Notes: generated by a model not told the origin, from the sequence alone. A stretch of 64,000 nucleotides of DNA from Candidatus Thorarchaeota archaeon (GCA_963726195.1 CAVSBO010000003.1:768001-832000), one strand, 5' to 3'. Shown: positions 52,671 through 62,533, counted from the stretch's first letter. Made by a program: numbers and translations.

Positions 52671-53796
52671 CTAACCCAGCATCTTTGGCACGCTATAGCA
52701 GGGACCCAATTCCTTCTGGAGCTTCTGGATCTCTGCCTTAACCTTCGGAAGGCCGATCTTGTCAGCCATTTCAAATGGGCCAGCAGGGAAACTCGCACCT
52801 CAGCTTCATAGCTTGGTCTATGTCAGCCTTGGTGGCAATGCCTTGGTCCACCAGAATCATGGCTTCCCGGATTACTGGAATTGAAACCCGGTTCACCAGC
52901 ATCTGGGGGTCGGCTCCTTTGGGCTTCTCAGGTTCTGACTTTGCGCCACCGTACGCATAGAAGCCCTTCTTCGACTTCATCCCGAATGAACCAGCGTCGA
53001 ACAGCTTCTTCAGGGTCTCAGGAGGTTTGTAGCAGTCTCCCAGCTCCCTGTAGAGAGTGCTCATAGCATTGTAGGCAACATCGAGACCAACGAAGTCACC
53101 TAGAGTGAAAGGCCCTGCTTGGAACTTGCCGATTGTTGTCAGGGCGGTGTCGATCTCTTCCTTCGTCGCGACTCCCTTCTCATAGAGAAGGATGGACTCT
53201 CTCAGAACGGGCATTAGTACCCGGTTCACTATGAAACCGGGACTGTTCTTTGCCTTCACAGGAAGCTTGCCTTGCTTCTTGCCGACAGCAAATGCGGTCT
53301 GTATTGTCTCTTCGCTTGTCTTCTTGCCCACGACCACTTCAAGAAGCTTCATCGACGCAACTGGTGAGAAGTAGTGCATTCCCACCATTTTGTCCGGTCG
53401 CTTCGTGGCCGTAGCAAGATCGTCAATGCTCAGAGAGGAAGTGTTGCTGGCGAAAATGGTGCGCGGCGGGGCAGCCTTGTCTATCTGGGCGAAGGTCTTC
53501 TTCTTTGCATCCATATTCTCGAAGATGGCCTCGACCACCAAGTCCGCATCTTTCACCGCGTCCTCCAACTTAACGGTGCTCTTTAGCCGACTTATGAGAC
53601 CTTCTGCCTCTGACATTGACATCTTCTTCTTTTCGACGCCCGTCATTACGTCAGATCGAATTCGCTCCATTCCTTTGTCCAGTGCAACCTGATCGACGTC
53701 CACCATGGTAACGTTGTATCCATTCCACGCAGAAACGTAGGCTATTCCTGAACCCATGAGGCCCGAACCGATGACAGCGATGTTCTTGACTTCCAA
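52671..53796 (-). CDS. 3-hydroxyacyl-CoA dehydrogenase with duplicated C-terminal domain (frameshift near 52798)
   Basis: GSGLMGSGIA, VEAIFE, ASNTSSL, GMHYFSP, PGFIVNR; second C-domain continues ASFPAGPFEMADKIGL...PKMLG to TAG 52671. Confidence 0.92.
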
Positions 53797-53808
53797 AACT
53801 GGTTCCTC

Positions 53809-54165
53809 CTACATTCCCATCATGGCGGCCATTATCAGGTTTGCAAGAGGGTCGCTCTCGTTCGCGTTTCCGATTACCTCGAGGCTGCCATCCTTCATGG
53901 TATCCTTGAAGGGCGTTTGTCCAGTGAAGATGCCGAGCAGCGTTTCTGCCTTCGCTTTGTAGGTGACGTCGGGACTGGGATATGACCCCTCGTGCAGGGT
54001 GATTTTGTCCTTCGTGATGACCATGTATTGCGCACCCTCCTCTGTGAAGACCTGAAGGATCTTGCCGTCAAAGGGGCTTACCCAGTCGGCTAGAAGCTTC
54101 TTGAGATCATCCTTCTCCTTCACCTTGGAGGCTAGGAACTGAAAGAACTCTTGTAGCTGTGTCAT
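53809..54165 (-). CDS. SCP2 sterol/lipid-binding domain protein
   Basis: EG..PSPDVT.......LLGIFTG......MKDGSLEVIGN. Confidence 0.85.
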   Translation of the reverse strand: MTQLQEFFQFLASKVKEKDDLKKLLADWVSPFDGKILQVFTEEGAQYMVITKDKITLHEGSYPSPDVTYKAKAETLLGIFTGQTPFKDTMKDGSLEVIGNANESDPLANLIMAAMMGM

Positions 54166-54168
54166 TGC

Positions 54169-54441
54169 CTAGGCCCCCTTCTCCACCCACTCATCGACTG
54201 CCTCATGCACTGCCGCGTCGACGGAACTGGCCCAGATGTTGCCTTTCTTCTTTCGTACGACTTCCAGAAACTCGTCGTACTTGGGTCCGTCAAGCAACAG
54301 GACGATTCGGCCCTTGCGGTCATTGATGAATGACTGATAGACCATCTTCTTGCTGGTCCAGTATTCGTGCTGGATATCGCCTTCCTTCAATCTGGGATAG
54401 AAGGGCCATGCTCCACTCGGGTGCTTTCTGTACTTTGCCAT
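54169..54441 (-). CDS. Small hypothetical protein, C-terminal ribbon-helix-helix-like
   Basis: LLLDGPKYDEFLEVV...SSVDAAVHEAVDEWV; TAATG-coupled to the upstream gene. Confidence 0.6.
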   Translation of the reverse strand: MAKYRKHPSGAWPFYPRLKEGDIQHEYWTSKKMVYQSFINDRKGRIVLLLDGPKYDEFLEVVRKKKGNIWASSVDAAVHEAVDEWVEKGA

Positions 54442-54698
54442 TACTTAATCCTCCACTTCTTTACTAAATCACCAGTGGCTTCAATGAACCCGGGTCTAAA
54501 GGGCCACTGTACGACATAACGCATGCCCTTCTCACCTGCCACCTCACCTCCGGACCAACGACCAGTGTAGACACGGCCACCCTTTTCCCCACAGAACTGG
54601 CCCATCACGACCTCGATTATGCCTTCGAGGGTCAGGTCGGTTTCTTCGGACAGCTCCTTCAGCTTCTTCATTATGTTCTCGTCAAAGCTAACTTCCAT
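54441..54698 (-). CDS. Small hypothetical protein, N-terminal ribbon-helix-helix-like
   Basis: MEVSFDENIMKKLKELSEETDLTLEGIIEVVM. Confidence 0.6.
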   Translation of the reverse strand: MEVSFDENIMKKLKELSEETDLTLEGIIEVVMGQFCGEKGGRVYTGRWSGGEVAGEKGMRYVVQWPFRPGFIEATGDLVKKWRIK

Positions 54699-54704
54699 TC
54701 AGAC

Positions 54705-55520
54705 TCACTTCTCCTCCCTGAATGCTAGGCGCTTGTATGGATAGCCCCACCTCTCTTGATACATCAAGCCCTCAAGTGGAGGCCTGCTCGGACCCAGCTC
54801 ACGGGTCTTGATTTTCTTGCCAATGCAGAAGGCTGTGAGCGGCACCCAGATGGGGGGTATTCCCAGCCGATCTCTTATGAGCTCGGCGTGACGCGGATCA
54901 GAACAGACCAGTGCCTCGTATCCACAGCCGTAGCCAAGCTCAGTAGCCACGAGCCACATGTTCATGATTGCCATGCCAGCTACAACGGAGCCGAAGAGCT
55001 CGTTGGGGTACTGATACGCGGCATCGTGCCACATCTCTGAAGCACACACGATGATGACGGTGTCACTCTTCTCGGGGTATCTGAAGAGGTCCCCATCTCT
55101 CAACTTGGCATACGAACTCGCCCTGTACGGGTCAGAGATATACCAGAGTCGGCCGCTGGTCAGCTCGAATGGTGCTCCGCCAAAAGCTTGTTTTGCCATT
55201 TCTTGGGCTATGTCTGCTAGGAACACTTTGGTTTCCTGATCATCCCTGATTACTACAAACCGGATCATGAGCATGTTCTCTGGGCTAGGCGCGTGACGCG
55301 CTGCTTCGAGAATCGTCTCGATGTGCTCGTCCGGTATCTTTTCGCCGGTGAACTCCCTTATTGAGCGTCGTTCCCGTATGAGTTTCAGAGACTGCAGCTC
55401 CTGCAAAGCCATGGCTTTCGGTTCTGGTACAGCTTTGGCTTTCGGTTGTTCTGCAGCCTTTGGTTTCTCAACGGAAGGCGCCGGGGCCGCCGGCTTTACC
55501 TTAGAACCTCGTGAAGCCAT
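54705..55520 (-). CDS. Nitroreductase family protein
   Basis: RRSIREF, ILEAARHAPS, NMWLVATELGYG; Pro/Ala/Lys-rich N-terminal extension. Confidence 0.9.
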   Translation of the reverse strand: MASRGSKVKPAAPAPSVEKPKAAEQPKAKAVPEPKAMALQELQSLKLIRERRSIREFTGEKIPDEHIETILEAARHAPSPENMLMIRFVVIRDDQETKVFLADIAQEMAKQAFGGAPFELTSGRLWYISDPYRASSYAKLRDGDLFRYPEKSDTVIIVCASEMWHDAAYQYPNELFGSVVAGMAIMNMWLVATELGYGCGYEALVCSDPRHAELIRDRLGIPPIWVPLTAFCIGKKIKTRELGPSRPPLEGLMYQERWGYPYKRLAFREEK

Positions 55521-55755
55521 TGATACACCTCAACAAGACTGTTGAACGGGCCAATCCACGCAGATGGATGATAAATGTATTCCGAGAGACGCTGGAGCAC
55601 TGACTGTGGCAATCACAATCAATCTCTGGGTGGCCTCATATGACATGGAGAAGGGCGAGTTTCCCATCATGGAATGGCAGATGGTGAGACACTTGGATTG
55701 GCTTAGAAGAATTAGAGAGAATATGAATCCAACACGCCGAGGATATCATCGTGGA

Positions 55756-55963
55756 TATGACTTGAGCAGTATCCTCAGTGCATCAGGGTATCAGCTGGGT
55801 AGTGGCTATGATACACAAGGTCACTTATCTCAGCATGAATCCAACTCTCACGGAGCGCACCAAGCTACTCCCGGCGGACCGTGCGCCCAAACTTGGAGTA
55901 GGAGCAAGCCAGCTCCTACTACAATCATGGTTTGCTCAGATCGAGCGCGTCACCCACAATCCG
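55756..55963 (+). repeat. ~210-bp imperfect direct repeat, copy 1
   Basis: Shares blocks TGCATCAGGGTATCAGCTGG, ACAAGGTCACTTATC, ACTCCCGGCGGAC, GTAGGAGC..GCTCCTACTACAATC, TTTGCTCAGATCGAG and TCACCCACAATCCG with 57778-57987. Confidence 0.9.
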
Positions 55964-56065
55964 GTCATGTGACAGAAAGATAGATAACCTTCGAGCACGG
56001 AATCACGCCACACTACGGTGCATGGAAACGTGACGAACCGTAGATAGGGTGGGTGAGCATTACCA

Positions 56066-57772
56066 ATGGAGAAGAGGATAATACTTACATTTCTTGTAAT
56101 GATGACCATACTTGCAGCGACCGCCGCACCAGTCAGCCTGCAGATGACGGCCGCATGTCATGGCCAGGCAATCATGCCAACAGGAAAGGCCACGACAGCT
56201 GCGCCTCTGACTCAGTGGAACAAAACCTACGGGGGAATCGGCCGTGAAAGGGCGTATTCAGTTCAGCAGACATTAGATGGCGGATACATCGTAGCAGGAG
56301 ATACCAATTCCTCTGGCAAAGGCGGCTATGACTTCTGGCTTGTGAAGACCGACTCAGCAGGCAACCAGCAGTGGAACAGGACCCATGGAGGAACCGGCGA
56401 TGACTATGTAGGTTCCATTCAGCAGACCTCAGACGGCGGATACATCGTGGGAGGAGATACAAGGTCGTTTGGCGCTGGTGAGAGTGACTTCTGGCTTGTG
56501 AAAACCGACTCATCAGGCAATGAGGAGTGGAACAGGACCTATGGAGGAACCGATTATGAGCTTGGGTATTCCGTTCAGCAGACTTGCGATAGTGGTTACA
56601 TCATCGCAGGATTCACCTTTTCCTTTGGCGCAGGCGAAGGCGACATCTGGCTGGTTAAGACTAACTCATCGGGCGGCCAGCAGTGGAACAGAACGTACGG
56701 AGGACCCCACGAGGAAGAGGGGTATTCCGTTCAGCAGACCTCAGACGGCGGATACATCGTAGCAGGAAGCGCAGAGACCTGGGGCACAGGCGAGACCGAC
56801 TTCTGGCTTGTGAAGACTGACTCAGCAGGCCACCAGCAGTGGAACAGAACATACGGAAAATACTACCTGAACTGGGCGTATTCCGTTCAGCAGACCTCAG
56901 ACGGCGGATACGTCGTAACGGGAGAAACAAATTCCAATTTAGCCAAGAGTGACTTGTGGCTTGTGAAAACCGACTCATCAGGCAACGAACAGTGGAACAA
57001 AACATACGGTGGAACCGGCAATGACTGGGCGAACTCCGTTCAGCAAACTCCCGACAACGGGTATATCATAGCAGGAGGTACAAACTCATCTGGCAGAGGG
57101 GGCTATGACTTCTGGCTCGTGAAGACCGATTCAGCAGGCAACGAACAGTGGGACAAGACCTACGGAGGAATCCACGATGAGGATGCGTTTTCGATCCAGC
57201 AGACTTCCGATGGTGGATACGTAGTAGCAGGATGGACGAATTCCTTCGGCGCCGGCTCGTATGACTTCTGGCTTGTTAAGACTGGCGAAGGAACACCGCC
57301 TTCGACTATAACTGATCTGGCTGCAGGTAGCCCCACGAGCAACTCCGTCAATTTGACCTGGACTGCGCCAGGAGACGATGGCATGAGAGGAAATGTCACA
57401 GCCTACGTAGTCAAGTATTCGTCCTCGGGGCCGATAGACTCGAGCAACTGGAATCTGGTATCGACCTACGGCCAGTCTTGGACACCAGCCATGAACGGCA
57501 CCGTGGAGACCCACACGATCACGGGCTTGACCGCCGGAACCAAGTACTGGTTTGCAGTACAAGCCTACGACGACGTGCCCAACTACAGCATAGTCTCAAA
57601 CAGTCCCAGCGCAACAACAACGTCGACGACTTCAACCAGCGGCGAAACAGGACCGGGTATACCGTTGACGATCATAGTGGCAGGGGTAGCCGTAGCGGCA
57701 GCAGTGATGGTTTTCGTTGCAGTCCTCCTCATGAAGAAAAGGAAGCCCAGCCAAGATTCACTGAATCTCTGA
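56066..57772 (+). CDS. Cell-surface protein: signal peptide, 7-repeat beta-propeller, fibronectin type III domain, Thr/Ser linker, C-terminal TM anchor
   Basis: Seven WN(K/R)TYGG...QQT.DGGY...DFWLVKTDS repeats; FN3 LTWTAPGDDG...GLTAGTKYWFAV; TTTSTTSTS; TM followed by KKRK. Confidence 0.9.
   Translation: MEKRIILTFLVMMTILAATAAPVSLQMTAACHGQAIMPTGKATTAAPLTQWNKTYGGIGRERAYSVQQTLDGGYIVAGDTNSSGKGGYDFWLVKTDSAGNQQWNRTHGGTGDDYVGSIQQTSDGGYIVGGDTRSFGAGESDFWLVKTDSSGNEEWNRTYGGTDYELGYSVQQTCDSGYIIAGFTFSFGAGEGDIWLVKTNSSGGQQWNRTYGGPHEEEGYSVQQTSDGGYIVAGSAETWGTGETDFWLVKTDSAGHQQWNRTYGKYYLNWAYSVQQTSDGGYVVTGETNSNLAKSDLWLVKTDSSGNEQWNKTYGGTGNDWANSVQQTPDNGYIIAGGTNSSGRGGYDFWLVKTDSAGNEQWDKTYGGIHDEDAFSIQQTSDGGYVVAGWTNSFGAGSYDFWLVKTGEGTPPSTITDLAAGSPTSNSVNLTWTAPGDDGMRGNVTAYVVKYSSSGPIDSSNWNLVSTYGQSWTPAMNGTVETHTITGLTAGTKYWFAVQAYDDVPNYSIVSNSPSATTTSTTSTSGETGPGIPLTIIVAGVAVAAAVMVFVAVLLMKKRKPSQDSLNL
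56213..57292 (+). repeat. Seven intragenic tandem repeats of ~156 bp (52 aa)
   Basis: Recurring CAGTGGAACA, TTCAGCAGAC and GACTTCTGGCTTGTGAA blocks. Confidence 0.9.
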
Positions 57773-57777
57773 ATCAA

Positions 57778-57987
57778 TACGACTCGAGTAGTGTCTGTGA
57801 AATGCATCAGGGTATCAGCTGGATAGTTGCCACGACATACAAGGTCACTTATCCGTGATGAGATTGAACAGATATGAAGCCCGCCGCGCCACTCCCGGCG
57901 GACAACCTGCTCCAACCGGAGGTAGGAGCAGACCAGCTCCTACTACAATCCCAGTTTGCTCAGATCGAGTGCATCACCCACAATCCG
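57778..57987 (+). repeat. ~210-bp imperfect direct repeat, copy 2 (includes 3' end of the pta-N-like gene and its hairpin)
   Basis: See copy 1; overlaps the final codons RIVGDALDLSKLGL* of the minus-strand gene. Confidence 0.9.
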
Positions 57988-59008
57988 CTCTACTACCGCC
58001 ACCTTCTCTTTGTTCTCCGGAGTAACGGAGCCCATGTAGTCATCGACAATATCGGCAGTTGTGAAAGCATCGTGGGCAGTCATGATTATGGGGACACCTA
58101 GTTGCTTGGCCCTTGAAACAGTCCGTATGTCGGGACCCATTCCGTCAGTCAGGATGAGCACGTTTGTGTCTGTCTCCAGAGCAGCGAGGCAAATGTCAGA
58201 CTCTGTCTCCGCTGGTAATCACCGCCTTGTTTGCGGCCTGTCTGAACCATCTCAGAGCATTCTCAGGCGCCATGCTGCCTACCATGAAGGTGTCCACAAG
58301 AAGGTCCAGACGATCCTCGCCTGTTACAACCTCACCATCCAAAGCCCTGAGTATCTCTCGCACTGTGGGACTGAACAACTCCCGGTTCTGATACAGGACG
58401 CCGCAGAACAAGAGACCGTTCTGCTCAAGGAATGGTTTGATCTTCTCCGTGATCATGCCCTTCAGCATGGGCGGCACAAGATTGAGAATGATGCCTATTG
58501 GCTCGACTCCATATTGCTTGAAGAACTCCTTGTCCAGTAAAGCTTCATCTATTGCAGTTATGTCAGGGAAGTTCACGAGACAAATAACCGTCGCGTTTAG
58601 CTCTTTGGCTATCTGTGCTGTCGAAAGCTGAACGTGCAACAGGTGCCATGGTGCTTCGGTCCCTTCGACCACAACGTAATCCATCTGGTCCGCGATTTGG
58701 GCATAACACTTTCGTATTCTCTTCAGAAGTGCATCGCGGCCGACCTTGAGTAGTTCATCATAACTTGATCGGGCCCTGATTACTGGAGTGATACAGGATA
58801 CGTCGGTTTTCATGCCGAGCACTTCCTTCATGACGAGCGCATCCTCGTCAACATCCTTCATCTTCTCGCTGTACACATAGCTTCTGTCTCCAATAGGCTT
58901 GAAATAGGCCACCTTCTTCCCCTGAGCCTTCAGCTTCGCCGCAATGGCCATCGCTACCATGGTCTTGCCCGTCATGCTGTATCCGCTAATCACGATGTTC
59001 TTCGCCAT
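57943..59008 (-). CDS. Phosphotransacetylase N-terminal-like protein (BioD-like P-loop + DRTGG domain; frameshift near 58200)
   Basis: TGKT, YFKPIG, VVEG, MVGSM, ITSGDRSDI, LILTDG. Confidence 0.88.
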
Positions 59009-59012
59009 GTTA

Positions 59013-61138
59013 TCACCCGCCAATGGTTATCTTCACGTCGACTGCTGATACACCATTCCCTTTCTCATAGCAGAATAGAGGATTGATGTCGAGTTCGACA
59101 ATGTCTTCGAAATCCGTGACAAGTTGACTGATCCTGAGTATAGTATCTTCCAGAGCGGCCACATCACTTGGAGGCTCTCCTCTAACACCTTTGAGGAGAA
59201 CACCAATCTTGGTCTCATCGATCTGCTCTCTTGCGTCAGACGTTGTCATAGGTGCAAGTCTGAACGCGACATCATGCAGGAAGTTCACGTAGATGCCGCC
59301 CGCCCCGAACATCACAAGCGGTCCGAACTGCAAGTCTCTTGAGCACCCCACAATGAGTTCTTTGCCTTTGTTGGCCATCTGCTGCACATCAACGCCATAG
59401 ACTATGGCCTTGGGCATGTGGCTTTGTGCGTTCTTCAGCACTTGCAGAAAGCCTTCTTCAACTTCCTCAGGTGTGTTCAGACCTACTTTGATACCACCGA
59501 TCTCACTTTTGTGAATAATATCTGGGCTGGCAATCTTCAGCGCAACCGGATATCCCAGTTCAGAAGCTATCGCCTTTGCTTCTTCAGGGCTGGTAGCCAA
59601 GCGAATGCGTGCAACCCCAATGCCGTATGCTTCGGCGATAGCGTGAGCCTCACTTCCAAGCAGCACGCGCCGCTTGTCCTTTCGGACAGCTTCAATGATT
59701 TCACTGACGCGCTTCTTATCCACCTTGAAGTGTGGAGGAGACTCGTCCTTTAGGCTGTCCCTTCTTACAGTATACTTGTAGAGTTCAGCGAGAGCACGCA
59801 CCGCCCTTTCAGGAAAATCAAACACAGGGATATTGGCAGCGTTAAGGATAATTCTGGGATAGACCATCGAATTGCCACCCATGAATACTGCCAAGAGTGG
59901 TTTGTTCGGGTTCCGTTCGTGACACTCCACAAGCGCCTGTGCGGTCTCTGCAACCTTGGTCATTGCCTGTGGGGTCAGCAGCACTATCACCGAGTCTACA
60001 TTCTCGTCTCTTAGCACGGCATCAATGCACAACTGATAATCCTCCGGTTGAGCAGTACCAAGGGCATCAACCGGATTGTAGACAGCTGCAGCTGGCGGCA
60101 GAGAAGACTTGAGCGTCTCTATGGTTGCGGTTGAGAATGCTGCAATAGACAGCCCATTTCCTTCGCACGCATCGGTCGTCAGTATGCCGGGGCCTCCTGC
60201 ATTGGTGACGATTGCCACACGCTTACCAGCAGGAAGATGCATGCCATCGTAGACGTTTGCAATATCGAAGAGCTCGGCCATACTGTACGCTCGGCTGACA
60301 CCACACTGCCGGAACGCGACATCGTAGGCCGTATCACTGCCTGCGAGGGAACCAGTATGCGATGACGCCGCACGAGCACCTGCCGCACTGATTCCCGACT
60401 TGATAATGAATATCGGCTTTTGCGGGACTATCTTGCGGCACACATCCATGAACTTGCGGCCATCAACAACTGACTCAATGTACAACAGAATGAAAGTGGA
60501 GTCGGGGTCGCGACCGAATGCTTCCACAAAGTCGGTTTCGTCGAGATGAGCCTTGTTGCCCAAACTTATGAATTTGGAGAAGCCGATCTTCTCCATCAGA
60601 CTGTAGTCGAGAATACCTGTCATTAATGCTCCTGATTGAGATGCAAACGCGATGATTCCCTTCTGTGGGGTACCTGCTGCAAACGAGGCGTTGTACGGAC
60701 ATGAAGTGTTGATTGCACCGAGGCAGTTCGGTCCTTGGATGACCATCCCGTACTTCTCGGCTATCTCGACCATCTTGCTCTCAACCTCCTGTCCTTCGTG
60801 GCCGACTTCCTTGAACCCCGCAGTTATGACCACGAGAGCTTTCACACCCTTCTTGCCACATTCTTCGACGACTGACAAGACTGCTTTCGCAGGGATGACT
60901 ATCACGGCCATGTCTACTGTGCCTGCTATTTCAAGAATCGATCTGTAGACCTTGTTGCCGAGTATCTCGCCACCAGAAGGGTTGATTGGATAGATTCGAC
61001 CACCGTAGCCGCTATCGACCAAGTTCCTCATGACGTCATTGCCTAGCTTGCCCTTTGTTTCCGAGGCGCCAATGACTGCGATGGAACGTGGGTTGAAGAG
61101 GATGTCAATGCCTTTTTGCCGGTCTACCGTTGTAGCAT
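59013..61138 (-). CDS. acd: Acetate-CoA ligase (ADP-forming), fused alpha/beta subunits
   Basis: Frame extends upstream as ILFNPRSIAVIGAS; GPNCLG, SQSGA, SLGNK, AASSHTGSLAG (phospho-His), NPVD, KIASPDIIHKS, ELDINP. The ATG at 61138 is one base out of frame (likely indel). Confidence 0.92.
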
Positions 61139-61264
61139 GCCTTCATTTGCACGATTTAAGGCCCCCGGAGGCCGTGCAACTGATATAACTCCGTCGATAA
61201 GGTACCAGTATTACTTAGGCCCATATAGCTGTATGCTCTACGTGTGACGCAGGTGAATACCAAG

Positions 61265-61405
61265 ATGAAGCTCGTCACGTTGCACGTTCCAGAGGTTTAT
61301 CTTGATGGACTCGAGAAGCTCGTCACGAACAACCTCTATCCCAATCGGTCAGAGGCAATCAGAATCGCAATCAGAGACCTGCTGAAGCGAGAGCTCTGGG
61401 GCTGA
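61265..61405 (+). CDS. Small ribbon-helix-helix regulator, CdrS/aCcr1-like (46 aa)
   Basis: Not in ORF track. Own translation MKLVTLHVPEVYLDGLEKLVTNNLYPNRSEAIRIAIRDLLKRELWG*; AGGTGA RBS upstream. Confidence 0.88.
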   Translation: MKLVTLHVPEVYLDGLEKLVTNNLYPNRSEAIRIAIRDLLKRELWG

Positions 61406-61558
61406 GATTCCTAGAGCATCAAGAACAGCACCACCACAAGATGCCGACGTTCACTTTGGCATCCCACGAGTTTGCCACACAACGAAACTTCATATCTGCT
61501 CCTAACGCCTGCTATATGTAGCAGGCGCATCTGCGATTTGTGCAACTAGGAGCGTGAT

Positions 61559-62533
61559 ATGATAGCACCTGAATCCCCAGACATGAAGCTCGGCACTTCG
61601 CTGTTGAATTCAGGTGAGGGACCATTTAAGCTGGTCAAAGGTTGTCCTTGTTACAAAGAGTTCGGCACCGAGAAAGTCTGCGTGAACAACGATGATGTTC
61701 AGCCAATTAACTCGATATCCATTGACCCAACATTCTTCGGATTGATGGACTCCAGAGAAGGTCTCGCCGAGTTCAAGAGCAGCAACGAGGGCATGTGTTA
61801 CCTGCTCATAAGCCTCGATGCCGAGGATGGGCGTGCATACTGCGTAAGTCAGGGAAGACAACTCAAGATCAATAACCGTGATATTCAGGCATCCGACATA
61901 AAAGATGCGCTTCAGTTCGTGAGCACGAAGGATATCACGACCGATGGCGTCGTGTGTTCGTCTTGTCTCTACAAATACCTCGTCACCCTAAGCTCCGTGT
62001 TCTCTGACATGCTCTCACAAGCTGAAAGGTCTGATGCAATCAGGGCATATGTGAAACGCACTGCCCTGAAGATGGCAATGAATCTGGACAAAGCCCCTAA
62101 GGAAGAAGACCTTAAGGACGAAGAGGCTCTGCAGCGCCATCTGAGGAAACACATAGCAGATTTGGTCAAGCTGAAGTCCGAACTAATATCACTGGCGTCA
62201 GAAGCCAAAGCCAGAGGGGAGGACGAAGACCTTCTCATCCTGTGTGAGCAGTATAGGTTACTTACGCGGCTATACACTGTGTTCCTATTTCAAGTACTTA
62301 CACTAACGGAGGCAGAAGACGAACCAGTGGCTCTCGGAGCTCTGAAGTTCATGGTGGGGGTAGCAGGCCGAACTGTGGAGCTGAACAACAGGATCCGGGA
62401 GAAGACCCACCAGCTGGAAGAGTCTCACAGGATACCAGAATGGGCTCGCCCGCTCCTAGAGAAGCATGCCACCGTGAGAAAGAGAAACGAACAGGGAATC
62501 CTCAACTTGGCAAGGGTGCTCAGTCAGGTCTGA
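61559..62533 (+). CDS. Hypothetical protein, Cys-rich N-domain + helical C-domain (paralogue 1)
   Basis: Clear similarity to 62591-63610 over the N-terminal ~150 aa. Confidence 0.8.
   Translation: MIAPESPDMKLGTSLLNSGEGPFKLVKGCPCYKEFGTEKVCVNNDDVQPINSISIDPTFFGLMDSREGLAEFKSSNEGMCYLLISLDAEDGRAYCVSQGRQLKINNRDIQASDIKDALQFVSTKDITTDGVVCSSCLYKYLVTLSSVFSDMLSQAERSDAIRAYVKRTALKMAMNLDKAPKEEDLKDEEALQRHLRKHIADLVKLKSELISLASEAKARGEDEDLLILCEQYRLLTRLYTVFLFQVLTLTEAEDEPVALGALKFMVGVAGRTVELNNRIREKTHQLEESHRIPEWARPLLEKHATVRKRNEQGILNLARVLSQV

Noticed and set aside
56213-57292. Regular repeats as a CRISPR array or DGR target
   Set aside because: Repeats are ~156 bp, in frame and protein-coding; no cas genes, reverse transcriptase or adenine-specific template/variable repeat pair is seen
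57943-61138. acd next to a Pta-N/DRTGG gene as a novel pairing
   Set aside because: This adjacency is common in archaea and bacteria
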